64,000 nt of DNA from an uncultured Tateyamaria sp. (GCA_947501275.1 CANMVD010000009.1:9925-73924), one strand, 5' to 3'. Shown: positions 29,333 through 38,725, counted from the stretch's first letter. The notes: generated by a model not told the origin, from the letters alone. Translations and numbers: made by a program.

Positions 29333-30343
29333 GTGAGTATCGAAATCAATCAACGTAACAAGACCGTCGCGTTGGATCTGTGGGCTACGCTGGATTCTGA
29401 CCCCGCCGCCGCCCTGCCCATGCTTGATCATGTGATCCATTGGCAAGGTCCGGAGCCGATTGGGGTTCAGAAGTCTGGGGCTGACATTGTCGGCGCGCTG
29501 TTTGCGCCGCTGCGTGCGGCTATCCCGGATTTGACGCGTGAAACCCATATCTTCATGGGCGGGCAGTCGGATGCCGAAGAAGACGGGCGGGGCGATGGCC
29601 ATTGGTGGGTTGCTGGAACAGGCTATTTCACAGGGCGCGCGACCTCTGAAGCCTTCGGCATACCTGTAACTGATCACGATTTGCGTATCCGATGGGGTGA
29701 GTTTTTACGCTTTGACGCGGATGGCAACATCACCCATGCGCAAACGATCTGGGACTTTGTCGACTGGTTTGACCAGATCGGACATCCCGTTTTGCCGCGT
29801 CCACGGGGCGCGATGCATGTCTACCCGGCACCGACGGGCTACGATGGTGTGTTGGCTGGCCCTCAGGCGCAGGTTGAGACCATCGATACGCGCGCATTCG
29901 GGCGAGACTTTATCTTTGACGGTCTGAACAGCTTTGATGAGACGGATCTGTCCAGCATGGGGATGGCCAAGTTCTTTCACCCCAATCTCAAGTGGTACGG
30001 TCCCGGCGGGATCGGGGCCTGTCTGTCGCTGTCGGAGTTCGAAACATACCATCAACAGCCGTGGCTGGTTGCCTTTCCGGATCGCAAGGTCATGCATTTG
30101 GAAAGCCTGTTCGCGGAAGGACGGATGCTGGCGGCATCTGGGCCCAAAGGTGTGGTTGGTCATCATAAGGGTGTTTATCTGGGCCACGCGGCCACCGGTG
30201 CGGCAATCGAATTTTCCGGCCTTGATTTTTGGTTGCGTGATGGTGGCCAGTTCACTGAAAACTGGGTTTTTGTCGATATGATCCATTTGTTTGCCCAGAT
30301 CGGGGTGGACCTGTTTGCCCGATTGAAGAAAGCCGACGCATGA
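29333..30343 (+). CDS. Two-domain SnoaL/ester-cyclase-like protein A
   Basis: GTG start; two NTF2-type repeats; FHPNLKWYGPGGIG, GLDFWLR....ENWVFVD. Confidence 0.82.
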   Translation: MSIEINQRNKTVALDLWATLDSDPAAALPMLDHVIHWQGPEPIGVQKSGADIVGALFAPLRAAIPDLTRETHIFMGGQSDAEEDGRGDGHWWVAGTGYFTGRATSEAFGIPVTDHDLRIRWGEFLRFDADGNITHAQTIWDFVDWFDQIGHPVLPRPRGAMHVYPAPTGYDGVLAGPQAQVETIDTRAFGRDFIFDGLNSFDETDLSSMGMAKFFHPNLKWYGPGGIGACLSLSEFETYHQQPWLVAFPDRKVMHLESLFAEGRMLAASGPKGVVGHHKGVYLGHAATGAAIEFSGLDFWLRDGGQFTENWVFVDMIHLFAQIGVDLFARLKKADA

Positions 30344-31389
30344 GTGACGTGCATTCCACCCACAAGGACCTGATCGCCCCGGTGCGCGCGGCCATGTATG
30401 ACTTTGACCTTGCGGCCCTGCGCGATGCGCTGCACGCAGTATGCGCGCCCGATGTCGTCTTTCACCTTGCCTTTCCATTTGAGACGATCAGGGGGGTCGA
30501 AGCCTATGTCGAGCAGGTGTATGCCCCGCTTTTGGCGGCCCTGCCGGATTTGGAACGCCGCGATCACATCGTGATGGCCGGACCCACGCCGGAAGGCGCG
30601 GATTGGGTCGGGTGCGGGGGTTATTACACGGGCACATTCTTTGCCCCGTGGCTGGATATCCCGCCGACGGGCCATATCGTGCATATGCGCCATCACGAGT
30701 TTTACCGCTTTGAGGCTGGCAAGATTAGCGAAATGCAGGCGCTTTGGGATATTCCCGAGGTGATGATACAGGCGGGGGCGTGGCCATTGGCGCCATCGCT
30801 TGGGCGGGAATGGCATGTGCCGGGACCGGCGAGTAGTGATGGTCTGGTGCCCGGGCCGTACGATGCGGATGCAGGGCAGGCCACGTGTCAGCACATCATC
30901 GATATGCTGGAGCATATGAAGCGCCATCCCTCCCAAGGTGGGCCGGAGGTCATGGAAATGGATCGTTTCTGGCATCCAAAGATGATGTGGTACGGCCCCT
31001 CGGGCATCGGCTCCGGGCGCGGCATCAAAGGCTTTCGGGACTGGCACCAGATTCCGTTTCTGAACGCGATGCCGGACAGAGGCCAATACGTGGACGAGAT
31101 CAACTATCACTTCTTTGGGGATCGCGGGTATGCTGCAGTGACGGGATGGCCCAACATGTACCAGACGGTGACGCATGGTGGCTGGTTGGGACTGCCTCCA
31201 ACGGACAAGAAGATCGCCATGCGCAGTCTCGATTTCTGGAGGCTGGAGCACGGGCTGATAAGGGAGAACTGGGTGTTGGTGGACTTGCTGCACATGTATG
31301 ATCAGATTGGTGTGGATGTGCTGGCGCGCATGCGTGAATTCAACAAGGCGCGCGTCGGATTTGATGTCGAGACGGGGCGTGCGCAATGA
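30340..31389 (+). CDS. Two-domain SnoaL/ester-cyclase-like protein B
   Basis: WLDIPPTG, WHPKMMWYGPSGIG, SLDFWRL....ENWVLVD; paralog of the previous gene; ATGA overlaps. Confidence 0.82.
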   Translation: MSDVHSTHKDLIAPVRAAMYDFDLAALRDALHAVCAPDVVFHLAFPFETIRGVEAYVEQVYAPLLAALPDLERRDHIVMAGPTPEGADWVGCGGYYTGTFFAPWLDIPPTGHIVHMRHHEFYRFEAGKISEMQALWDIPEVMIQAGAWPLAPSLGREWHVPGPASSDGLVPGPYDADAGQATCQHIIDMLEHMKRHPSQGGPEVMEMDRFWHPKMMWYGPSGIGSGRGIKGFRDWHQIPFLNAMPDRGQYVDEINYHFFGDRGYAAVTGWPNMYQTVTHGGWLGLPPTDKKIAMRSLDFWRLEHGLIRENWVLVDLLHMYDQIGVDVLARMREFNKARVGFDVETGRAQ

Positions 31390-32147
31390 CCGAGTTGCCA
31401 CGCACCCCGCCATTGGATCTGAGTGGCAAGCGCGCTTTGGTGACAGGTGCATCATCCGGTATCGGGTTGGGATGTGCTGTGGCGTTGGCAGAGGCGGGGG
31501 CCCATGTGGTCTGTGCCGCGCGTCGACCGGATGTGCTGGCGGATGTCGTTGCGGCCATGCAGGCAGAAGGCTGGAGCGCAGAAGCATTGCCTCTGGATCA
31601 AACGGATCTTGAGGCCGTGAAAGCTGCCCTTGGGCAACCCTACGATGTGGTGCTGAATTCCGCAGGCCTCGCCCGCCATGCCCCTGCAATTGAAACGACG
31701 CCCGAAGATTTTGACGCGGTGGTGAACATCAACCTGCGCAGCGCCTTTTTCCTGTCCTCCTATGCGGCCAAGGCCCTGATGGATGCGGGCAAACCGGGCT
31801 CCATCATCCACATATCGTCCCAGATGGGGCATGTGGGGGGCATAGATCGCTCGGTTTACTGCGCCACGAAACATGGAGTCGAGGGGATGGTCAAAAGCAT
31901 GGCCATCGAATGGGGCAAAGCGGGCATTCGCATCAACACGATTTGCCCGACTTTCATTCGCACGGCTTTGACAAAAGTCACCTTTGACAACCCGGAACGC
32001 TATGCGTGGATCATGGACAAGATCAAGTTACCGCGCGTAGGCGAGGTCAGCGACATCATGGGGGCTGTCCAGTTCCTTGCGTCGGATGCATCCGCCATGG
32101 TGACGGGTACCCATATCCTGATCGACGGAGGCTGGACAGCGGACTGA
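31386..32147 (+). CDS. Short-chain dehydrogenase/reductase (classical SDR)
   Basis: TGASSGIG, NSAG, ISSQMG, YCATK, IDGG. Confidence 0.93.
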   Translation: MTELPRTPPLDLSGKRALVTGASSGIGLGCAVALAEAGAHVVCAARRPDVLADVVAAMQAEGWSAEALPLDQTDLEAVKAALGQPYDVVLNSAGLARHAPAIETTPEDFDAVVNINLRSAFFLSSYAAKALMDAGKPGSIIHISSQMGHVGGIDRSVYCATKHGVEGMVKSMAIEWGKAGIRINTICPTFIRTALTKVTFDNPERYAWIMDKIKLPRVGEVSDIMGAVQFLASDASAMVTGTHILIDGGWTAD

Positions 32148-33166
32148 TGGACAGACCTGTGACGGCATTGGATGTGGCACAAAAAGCGGGCGTATCGCGC
32201 TCGGCGGTGAGCCGTGTGTTTACGCCCGGCGCATCCGTGTCCAAGCGCACCGCGGAAAAGGTGCGTTGCGCGGCTGATGCGTTGGGCTATCGGCCCAATG
32301 TCTTGGCCAGATCGCTGATTACGGGGCGCAGCCGGATCATCGGCCTTGTGGTCGCCTACCTAGAAAATCAGTTCTACCCCGAAGCCATTGAACGGCTCAG
32401 CCGGCACTTGCAGGAGCGCGGCTATCACGTGCTGGTCTTCATGGCGTCCAACTCGGGTGAAGAGGCCGACGAAGTGATGGAAGAACTGCTCGACTACCAG
32501 GTCGACGGAATTATTGCGGCCAGTGTGGGGATGTCCAATGACCTGACGCGACGCTGCGAAGCCGCTGGCATCCCGATTGTGCTGTTCAACCGTGCACAGG
32601 ATGATGACCGTCTGTCTTCGGTCACGTCCGACAATTATCACGGGGGCCGCAAGCTGGCGGAGTTTCTTGTGGCAGGCGGACACAAACGCGTGGCCCATAT
32701 CGCCGGTTGGGAGGGGGCCTCTACCCAGCGGGACCGCGAAGCCGGTTTTGTTGCAGGATTGGCGGCGGCAGGGCAAACCCTCGCCGCGCGCGGCGTCAGT
32801 GATTTCGATTTTGAGCGGGCCAAAACAATCGCCCGCGAGATGTTCAGCTCTGACACTTATCCCGATGCCGTGTTTTGCGCCAACGACCACATGGCCTTTG
32901 CCGTCATGGATGTGCTGCGGTTCGAGTTGGGCCTGCGAGTGCCCGACGACGTGTCCGTTGTGGGCTATGACGATGTCACGCTGGCAGCATGGCCCAGCTA
33001 TGATTTGACGACGGTGCGCCAGCCTGCGGGGCAAATGGCGCGCGCGACGGTCGATATTCTGATGGATCGCTTGGCCGATCCCGAGACCAAACCCCGCCGG
33101 GTTGCGCTTGATGGACCTTTGATCCTGCGTCGCTCGGCCCGCATTCCAGAAGGTTGGACCACATGA
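32147..33166 (+). CDS. LacI family transcriptional regulator
   Basis: VTALDVAQKAGVSRSAVSRV HTH, YRPNVLARSL, PDAVFCAND, VSVVGYDD; TGATG overlap with the SDR. Confidence 0.95.
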   Translation: MDRPVTALDVAQKAGVSRSAVSRVFTPGASVSKRTAEKVRCAADALGYRPNVLARSLITGRSRIIGLVVAYLENQFYPEAIERLSRHLQERGYHVLVFMASNSGEEADEVMEELLDYQVDGIIAASVGMSNDLTRRCEAAGIPIVLFNRAQDDDRLSSVTSDNYHGGRKLAEFLVAGGHKRVAHIAGWEGASTQRDREAGFVAGLAAAGQTLAARGVSDFDFERAKTIAREMFSSDTYPDAVFCANDHMAFAVMDVLRFELGLRVPDDVSVVGYDDVTLAAWPSYDLTTVRQPAGQMARATVDILMDRLADPETKPRRVALDGPLILRRSARIPEGWTT

Positions 33167-34146
33167 AGGGCTTTTCGAACCGTTTTGCCGATTTCCCGGA
33201 CTACATCATCGGCATCACCAAGGAGATCTGGGAGGATCGCGGCATCGCGACTCTGCACCATTACTACAGTCCCGACATTGTGGTGCGTTCTCCTGCAAGC
33301 GTGGTGATTGGCAATCAGAAAGTCATTGGCGCCACCATGGCGACACTGGCCGAATTCCCTGATCGCACGTTGCTGGGCGAGGATGTGATCTGGTCCGGCA
33401 CACCGGAAGAGGGGATGTTGTCCTCGCACCGCATCCTGTCCACTGCGACCCACATGGCCGATGGCATGTACGGCAAAGCGTCAGGCAAGAAGCTGCAATA
33501 CCGCATCATTGCGGATTGTCACGCCATTAACGACCAGATCAATGACGAGTGGCTGATCCGCGACCAGACAGCAATCGTGAACCAGATCGGGTGGGAGGCC
33601 AAAGCCTTTGCCGCCGATTTGATCGAACGCGAAGGCGGGATGGACAAGGCGGTCATGCCGCTGACCCCGGCGACCGATCAGCCCGGCCCCTACAAGGGGC
33701 GTGGCAATGACAACGCCTGGGGCCAGAAATACGCAGATGTCCTGACGCGCATCATGGGCGCGGACATGGCTGTCATCCCGAGTGAATATGACCGCGCGAT
33801 CCAGTCCGAATATCCCGGTGGCGCAACCGGGCACGGCACCGCGCCTGTGGATCAGTTCTGGATGGGGCTGCGGGCGTCCTTCCCCGATGCCACGTTCTCC
33901 ATAGATCACCAGATCGGGCGCGACGACCCGACGATGCCGCCACGCGCGGCGATCCGCTGGGCGATGCACGGCAAGCATGATGGATGGGGCTACTTCGGCG
34001 CACCCACTGGGGCCGAAGTCTACGTGTTGGGGATTTCCCATGCCGAGTTTGGCTCGCTTGGGGTTGCCCAACCCAAAATCCGGCGTGAGTTTACACTGTT
34101 TGACGAAACGGCGATCTGGAAGCAGATCCTTCTGCAAACCGGATAG
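33163..34146 (+). CDS. Two-domain SnoaL/ester-cyclase-like protein C
   Basis: EIWEDR.....YYSPDIV, AEFPDR, EWLIRD; second repeat RASFPDA..., HGKHDGWGYFGAPTG; ATGA overlap with LacI. Confidence 0.78.
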   Translation: MKGFSNRFADFPDYIIGITKEIWEDRGIATLHHYYSPDIVVRSPASVVIGNQKVIGATMATLAEFPDRTLLGEDVIWSGTPEEGMLSSHRILSTATHMADGMYGKASGKKLQYRIIADCHAINDQINDEWLIRDQTAIVNQIGWEAKAFAADLIEREGGMDKAVMPLTPATDQPGPYKGRGNDNAWGQKYADVLTRIMGADMAVIPSEYDRAIQSEYPGGATGHGTAPVDQFWMGLRASFPDATFSIDHQIGRDDPTMPPRAAIRWAMHGKHDGWGYFGAPTGAEVYVLGISHAEFGSLGVAQPKIRREFTLFDETAIWKQILLQTG

Positions 34147-34231
34147 ACCATCGATGCGCTTGTTTCCCGGCCTTGCAGTTCTCACCTTTGTGTTGCCCGC
34201 CACGCGTGCGGGCGGCGAAAGGGAATAATCC

Positions 34232-34846
34232 ATGCAACGCTATGACGAACTGATGTTTACCGACGCTGTCAAAGCCTTTCAGGAGGTTGAAGGCGTGGCA
34301 GACAAATACGCGGCAACCTACGGCGCACGCGCCCATGCGCTGACTGAGGACGAGGTCGGATTTGTGACCAGCCGGACATCGTTCTATATGGCCACGGTGT
34401 CCGAAACCGGATGGCCCTACATTCAGCACCGCGGTGGGCCGGCGGGCTTTTTAAACGTGTTGGACGATCACACGCTCGCCTTTGCCGACTATCGCGGCAA
34501 CAAGCAGCATATCACCCAAGGAAATCTGGTCAGCGATGACCGCGTGTCGGTGTTCTTGATGGATTATCCTCGCAAGGCGCGCATGAAGCTACAGGGGCGC
34601 GCGACGTTTCAGCAGGCGACAGATGCGCCTGAACTGGCGAACCGCCTCGCGGTCAAAGGGCAGGGCCGGGTCGAACGGGTTGTGACCATCGCCCTTGAGG
34701 CGTTCGACTGGAACTGCCCGCAATACATCACGCCGCGCTTTGAAAGTGCCGAGATCGCGCAACTGGTTGGCCCCGAGATGGACAGACTGACTGCCCGTAT
34801 CGCGGAATTGGAAGCCGAGATTGCCGCGCTGAAAGGGCAGGGATGA
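34232..34846 (+). CDS. Pyridoxamine 5'-phosphate oxidase-like FMN-binding protein
   Basis: FYMATVSETGWPYIQHRGGPAGFL, ADYRGNKQ.IT.GN, FDWNCPQYITPR. Confidence 0.88.
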   Translation: MQRYDELMFTDAVKAFQEVEGVADKYAATYGARAHALTEDEVGFVTSRTSFYMATVSETGWPYIQHRGGPAGFLNVLDDHTLAFADYRGNKQHITQGNLVSDDRVSVFLMDYPRKARMKLQGRATFQQATDAPELANRLAVKGQGRVERVVTIALEAFDWNCPQYITPRFESAEIAQLVGPEMDRLTARIAELEAEIAALKGQG

Positions 34847-35379
34847 GCGATATCTACGCCGCAGCCGAACGCCTTATGGGGATGCAGGACGCCGATTGGC
34901 GGCGGCATGCAAATCCGCTCAGCGTCTGGACGCGGTTCAGCTGTTTGCCCCTGCTGGCGCTGGCGATTTATGCGCGCGCTTGGGTGGGGTGGGCCGCACT
35001 TCCGCTCTTTGGCGTGGCGGCGGCCTGGACGTGGTACAATCCGCGCGCCTTTTCGCCACCTGCCGACTTTGGCGCATGGGCCTCACGCGCCACATTGGGC
35101 GAGCGGATCTTTCTCGACCGCGCTCGCTACGGCGTGGCACGCCATCACATTCTCGCAGCGCACGTACTGACGGCCCTGTCCGCAGCTGGCATCATTCCGT
35201 TGATTTACGGGCTGATCCTTCTCAACCCGTGGGCGACGTTCACGGGCCTTGTCGCCGTCATTTTGCCCAAGGTCTGGTTCTGTGACCGCATGGTCTGGAT
35301 CCACGCCGAGATGACAGGCACCACACCGGGCGACCCTATGCCCGATCCGATCATGCCACCAGATCTGGCACCGCTATGA
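34843..35379 (+). CDS. Small membrane protein, DUF6653-like
   Basis: WRRHANPLSVWTRF motif recalled for this family; four hydrophobic segments; KVWFCDRMVW. Confidence 0.65.
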   Translation: MSDIYAAAERLMGMQDADWRRHANPLSVWTRFSCLPLLALAIYARAWVGWAALPLFGVAAAWTWYNPRAFSPPADFGAWASRATLGERIFLDRARYGVARHHILAAHVLTALSAAGIIPLIYGLILLNPWATFTGLVAVILPKVWFCDRMVWIHAEMTGTTPGDPMPDPIMPPDLAPL

Positions 35380-35417
35380 CAATTCTTCCTTCTGTAAAGC
35401 TGTTAGGTGGAGTAACG

Positions 35418-35690
35418 ATGCAGTTCTCCTTTAACTATTCTACCTTTCGCGGGTTCTTTGACAGCTTCTCGAAACCCGTGGGCGAGCGCGCCGTTCACGT
35501 TGTGAATGGCAACATCAAAGTGCAACAACGCGGAGAAGGCGACGATGCGCGGTTTTACCTGCGCATCCGCTCTGGCTTTTCCAATTTTCAGTATCAGCGT
35601 ATCGAGTGGGCACAAATGCTCGCCCTTGCCGAAGCCTTGGTCGATATGGCTCAAGACTGCGAAACTCAAGAAAAGGACAACACGACATGA
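35418..35690 (+). CDS. Small hypothetical protein (90 aa)
   Basis: AGGTGGAG RBS, ATG 35418; stop overlaps the cupin ATG (ATGA); no family recognised. Confidence 0.6.
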   Translation: MQFSFNYSTFRGFFDSFSKPVGERAVHVVNGNIKVQQRGEGDDARFYLRIRSGFSNFQYQRIEWAQMLALAEALVDMAQDCETQEKDNTT

Positions 35691-36652
35691 CCCCCGCCGA
35701 GATGGAGCCGCGCATTGTGCGTTACGGCGATCTGATGCCCTGCAAGACCGCCTTTATCGATGCCCACACGCCGGGGTCCGACCAAAAGGAGAATTTTACC
35801 ATCATCGGGGGTGGGGTCTCGGAATCGGCGGACCAGCATGTCCATATTTCGATCCCGCACGGGTTTAACATCGGGGCGGCCGGGCAACCGCCCAAGTGCC
35901 GAAACTCCCTGCACTCCCACCGCACGGCAGAGGTGTTTTTTGTCTTGTCGGGGCGTTGGCGGTTTTTCTGGGGGCGCTACGGTGATGCAGGTGAGGTCGT
36001 GCTGGAAGAAGGCGACATCATCAACATCCCCACAGGGATCTTTCGCGGCTTTGAAAATATCGGAACAGAGTACGGGATGATCATGGCGATCCTTGGAGGC
36101 GATGATGCCGGGGGCGGCGTCATTTGGGCCCCGCAAGTGATCGAGGATGCGGCGGATCACGGGCTGGTGCTGGGCGAGAACGGACAGCTTTATGACACCA
36201 AGGCCGGGGCAACCTTGCCCGACGGGGTCGCGCCGATGCCCGTGCTCAGCGAAGACGAGCTCAAGCACTACCCGGAGATGACACCGGGCGAGGTTGTTGG
36301 CATGGGGGTGCGCCGCTACTGGGATATGGTTGCGCTGGCCAAGGACACGCCCTGCAAGGTGATTGGCGAGACCGGGATCATCCGTGACAAACCGGGTTTC
36401 GAGGTTGATCTGATCACCCGCAGTTCCGCCACGCACGACATGCACCAGCACGACCGTCCGTCGGTTCTGATGCCCATGCGCGGCCATTGGCGCGTGAGTT
36501 GGGAGGGGGGCAGCACGACCCTTGCCCCCGGCGACACGATGAGCGTGCCGGAAAACATGCCCCACAGCGCCGTTCCGTCGATGACGGGACCGGCATCGCT
36601 CTATCATGTCGTCGGTACGGACGATCCTGCAGGGCCCACATGGCAAGGCTGA
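35687..36652 (+). CDS. Bicupin protein
   Basis: Cupin 1 HSHRTAEVFFVLSG...GDIINIPTG; cupin 2 HQH...GDTMSVPENMPH. Confidence 0.85.
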   Translation: MTPAEMEPRIVRYGDLMPCKTAFIDAHTPGSDQKENFTIIGGGVSESADQHVHISIPHGFNIGAAGQPPKCRNSLHSHRTAEVFFVLSGRWRFFWGRYGDAGEVVLEEGDIINIPTGIFRGFENIGTEYGMIMAILGGDDAGGGVIWAPQVIEDAADHGLVLGENGQLYDTKAGATLPDGVAPMPVLSEDELKHYPEMTPGEVVGMGVRRYWDMVALAKDTPCKVIGETGIIRDKPGFEVDLITRSSATHDMHQHDRPSVLMPMRGHWRVSWEGGSTTLAPGDTMSVPENMPHSAVPSMTGPASLYHVVGTDDPAGPTWQG

Positions 36653-37569
36653 TTGCATGTGTTCTGGGCCTTTGGGTTTGCGCTGTGCACGCGCAGGCGC
36701 AGGTCTGGCAGGCGCAAACCGTGGATGGCGGGCATTTTGTCTTTCACATCGCGCGCGCGGGGGTGGCCGTAGACTTTGTCTGCCTTGCACCCTCCCTGCA
36801 GCGACGCCCTGCCGTAGACGTCGAGCAGCACGAGATCAGGCCCATGGCGCCCGGCATGACCCGGCTTGAGATCGGGACCGAGCGCGTGCCTGTTGGCAAT
36901 GACGTGATCCGCAATGACGTTGTTTTGTGGGCGGATCAGACGGGGTACCGGCTGCCGACCATCACGTTCAACGAACTCGATGGCGTTTGGCAGGTGGATA
37001 TCTCGGCCACGGATCCGATGTGGACCGGCTTGGTGCAGGCAAGCACGGTGATACTCGCGCCCGGTCAGGCGCAGGCCTGGCAATTGCCTGTGGCCGGGTT
37101 GGCTGGTGCGGTGACGCAGGTCCAAAGCGACTGCGCACAGGCGTGGTCGGCCGCGCAAGCCGCACCAGCGCCTGCGCAAGGTATCGTGACCATTCCGCCA
37201 GAAGTTGGCGCGCGCGTCAGTCAGGGGTGTGGCGCGCAGACGCCGCTGCCGGGCGCAGCGGTGCAGGCTGGCGACCTTGACCGCGATGGCACGCCAGACT
37301 TTGTGGTGAACTGGGGAGAGATCAGATGCCCCGGTGCCAATGCGCGCCCTTTCTGCGGGGCTGCCAATTGCAGTCAGATGGTGTTCCTGTCTTCGCGCCG
37401 TTTTCTGGACCCTGTCGACTTTTTGGGCACCTCTCTCACGATCGTGCCACACCACAGCGGTGCGCTGGCCCTCAGGATGACGGGTTCCTTTTCTCTGTGC
37501 GGCGCACAAGGAGAAAACTGTGCCAACCCATTGGTGTGGGATGGTGCTTCATTCGTTGAACGGCCATAA
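36640..37569 (+). CDS. Secreted hypothetical protein with DxDxDG Ca-binding-like loop and Cys pairs
   Basis: Signal peptide (AQA), Ala/Pro linker, GDLDRDGTPD, FCGAANC. Confidence 0.7.
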   Translation: MARLIACVLGLWVCAVHAQAQVWQAQTVDGGHFVFHIARAGVAVDFVCLAPSLQRRPAVDVEQHEIRPMAPGMTRLEIGTERVPVGNDVIRNDVVLWADQTGYRLPTITFNELDGVWQVDISATDPMWTGLVQASTVILAPGQAQAWQLPVAGLAGAVTQVQSDCAQAWSAAQAAPAPAQGIVTIPPEVGARVSQGCGAQTPLPGAAVQAGDLDRDGTPDFVVNWGEIRCPGANARPFCGAANCSQMVFLSSRRFLDPVDFLGTSLTIVPHHSGALALRMTGSFSLCGAQGENCANPLVWDGASFVERP

Positions 37570-37598
37570 AGCCGGTAACAGAACCGTGAGGTATTGAT

Positions 37599-38720
37599 AT
37601 GGTTTTAACGACACATGCGGGCAGCCTGCCACGCACGCAAGAGATCGTCGATTTCATTTTTGCGCGTGAGCGTGGCGAGGACTACGATCCGGCCGCCTTT
37701 GACGCCGCCATGACGGCGGCGGTCGATGTGACGGTTGCCAAACAGGTGGCCGCAGGTGTCGGCATTGTCAGTGATGGCGAGACGTCCAAGATCAGCTATG
37801 CCACCTATGTCAAGGATCGCTACACCGGCTTTTCTGGCGACAGCCCCCGCAATGCTCCCGCCGACCTCAAGAAATTCCCCAGTTTCCTCAAGCGCCTTGC
37901 AGACGATGGTGGCACCCCGCAATATGCACGCCCCATGTGCACGGGGCCCGTGAAAAGCCGTGGGCAGGGCGAGTTGGGAAAGGACATCGCCAATCTCAAG
38001 GCTGCCATGGCCAAACACGGGGCCGAGCGGGGCTTTATGAATGCCGCCTCACCGGGTGTGATTTCGTTGTTTTTGCAAAACGACTACTATCCCACGCGCG
38101 AGGCTTATCTGGCCGCGCTGGCTGATGCGATGAAGGAAGAATACGAAACCATCGTGGCGGCGGGTCTGGATCTGCAACTTGACTGCCCCGACCTCGCGCT
38201 CAGCCGTCACATGCTGTTTGCAGATCTCAGCGATGCCGAATTCCTGAAAATCGCAGACGCGCATGTGGAAGCGATGAATTATGCGTTGTCGGATGTGCCT
38301 GCCGAGAAAGTTCGTGTGCACATCTGCTGGGGCAACTACGAGGGGCCGCATGTCTGTGATATCGACATGGACACGGTGTTTCCGACGCTGATGGCAACCA
38401 AGGCGCGCTACATGCTGTTTGAAACGTCCAACCCCCGCCACGCCCATGAATGGACCGTGTTCCGCGACCGGCGCAGCGAAATCCCTGACGACAAGGTGCT
38501 GGTGCCGGGGGTCGTCGACACAACCACGAATTTTGTCGAGCACCCCGAAGTTGTGCGCCAACGGATCGATCGGTTCACAGACATCGTGGGCGAGGATCGG
38601 GTGATTGCGGGCAGCGACTGCGGCTTTGGCACCTTTGCGGGCTTTGGGGCCGTCGATCCTGACATTGCCTATGCCAAACTTCAGGTGATGGCCGAAGGTG
38701 CCGCATTGGCCAAAGGATAA
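37599..38720 (+). CDS. Cobalamin-independent methionine synthase II-like (single-barrel MetE/UROD superfamily) Zn enzyme
   Basis: TTHAGSLPR, SDGE, LQLDCP, HICWGNY (HxC), DCGFGT (third Zn ligand); 373 aa, so no N-terminal folate-binding barrel. Confidence 0.88.
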   Translation: MVLTTHAGSLPRTQEIVDFIFARERGEDYDPAAFDAAMTAAVDVTVAKQVAAGVGIVSDGETSKISYATYVKDRYTGFSGDSPRNAPADLKKFPSFLKRLADDGGTPQYARPMCTGPVKSRGQGELGKDIANLKAAMAKHGAERGFMNAASPGVISLFLQNDYYPTREAYLAALADAMKEEYETIVAAGLDLQLDCPDLALSRHMLFADLSDAEFLKIADAHVEAMNYALSDVPAEKVRVHICWGNYEGPHVCDIDMDTVFPTLMATKARYMLFETSNPRHAHEWTVFRDRRSEIPDDKVLVPGVVDTTTNFVEHPEVVRQRIDRFTDIVGEDRVIAGSDCGFGTFAGFGAVDPDIAYAKLQVMAEGAALAKG

Positions 38721-38725
38721 GCGCG

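Noticed and set aside
27405-34146. Polyketide or other secondary-metabolite biosynthetic cluster
   Set aside because: No PKS, ACP, NRPS or exporter in the island; an importer and a LacI operator favour catabolism.
37599-38720. Calling this gene metE
   Set aside because: Half the length of MetE with no folate-binding barrel, and no methionine-pathway context.
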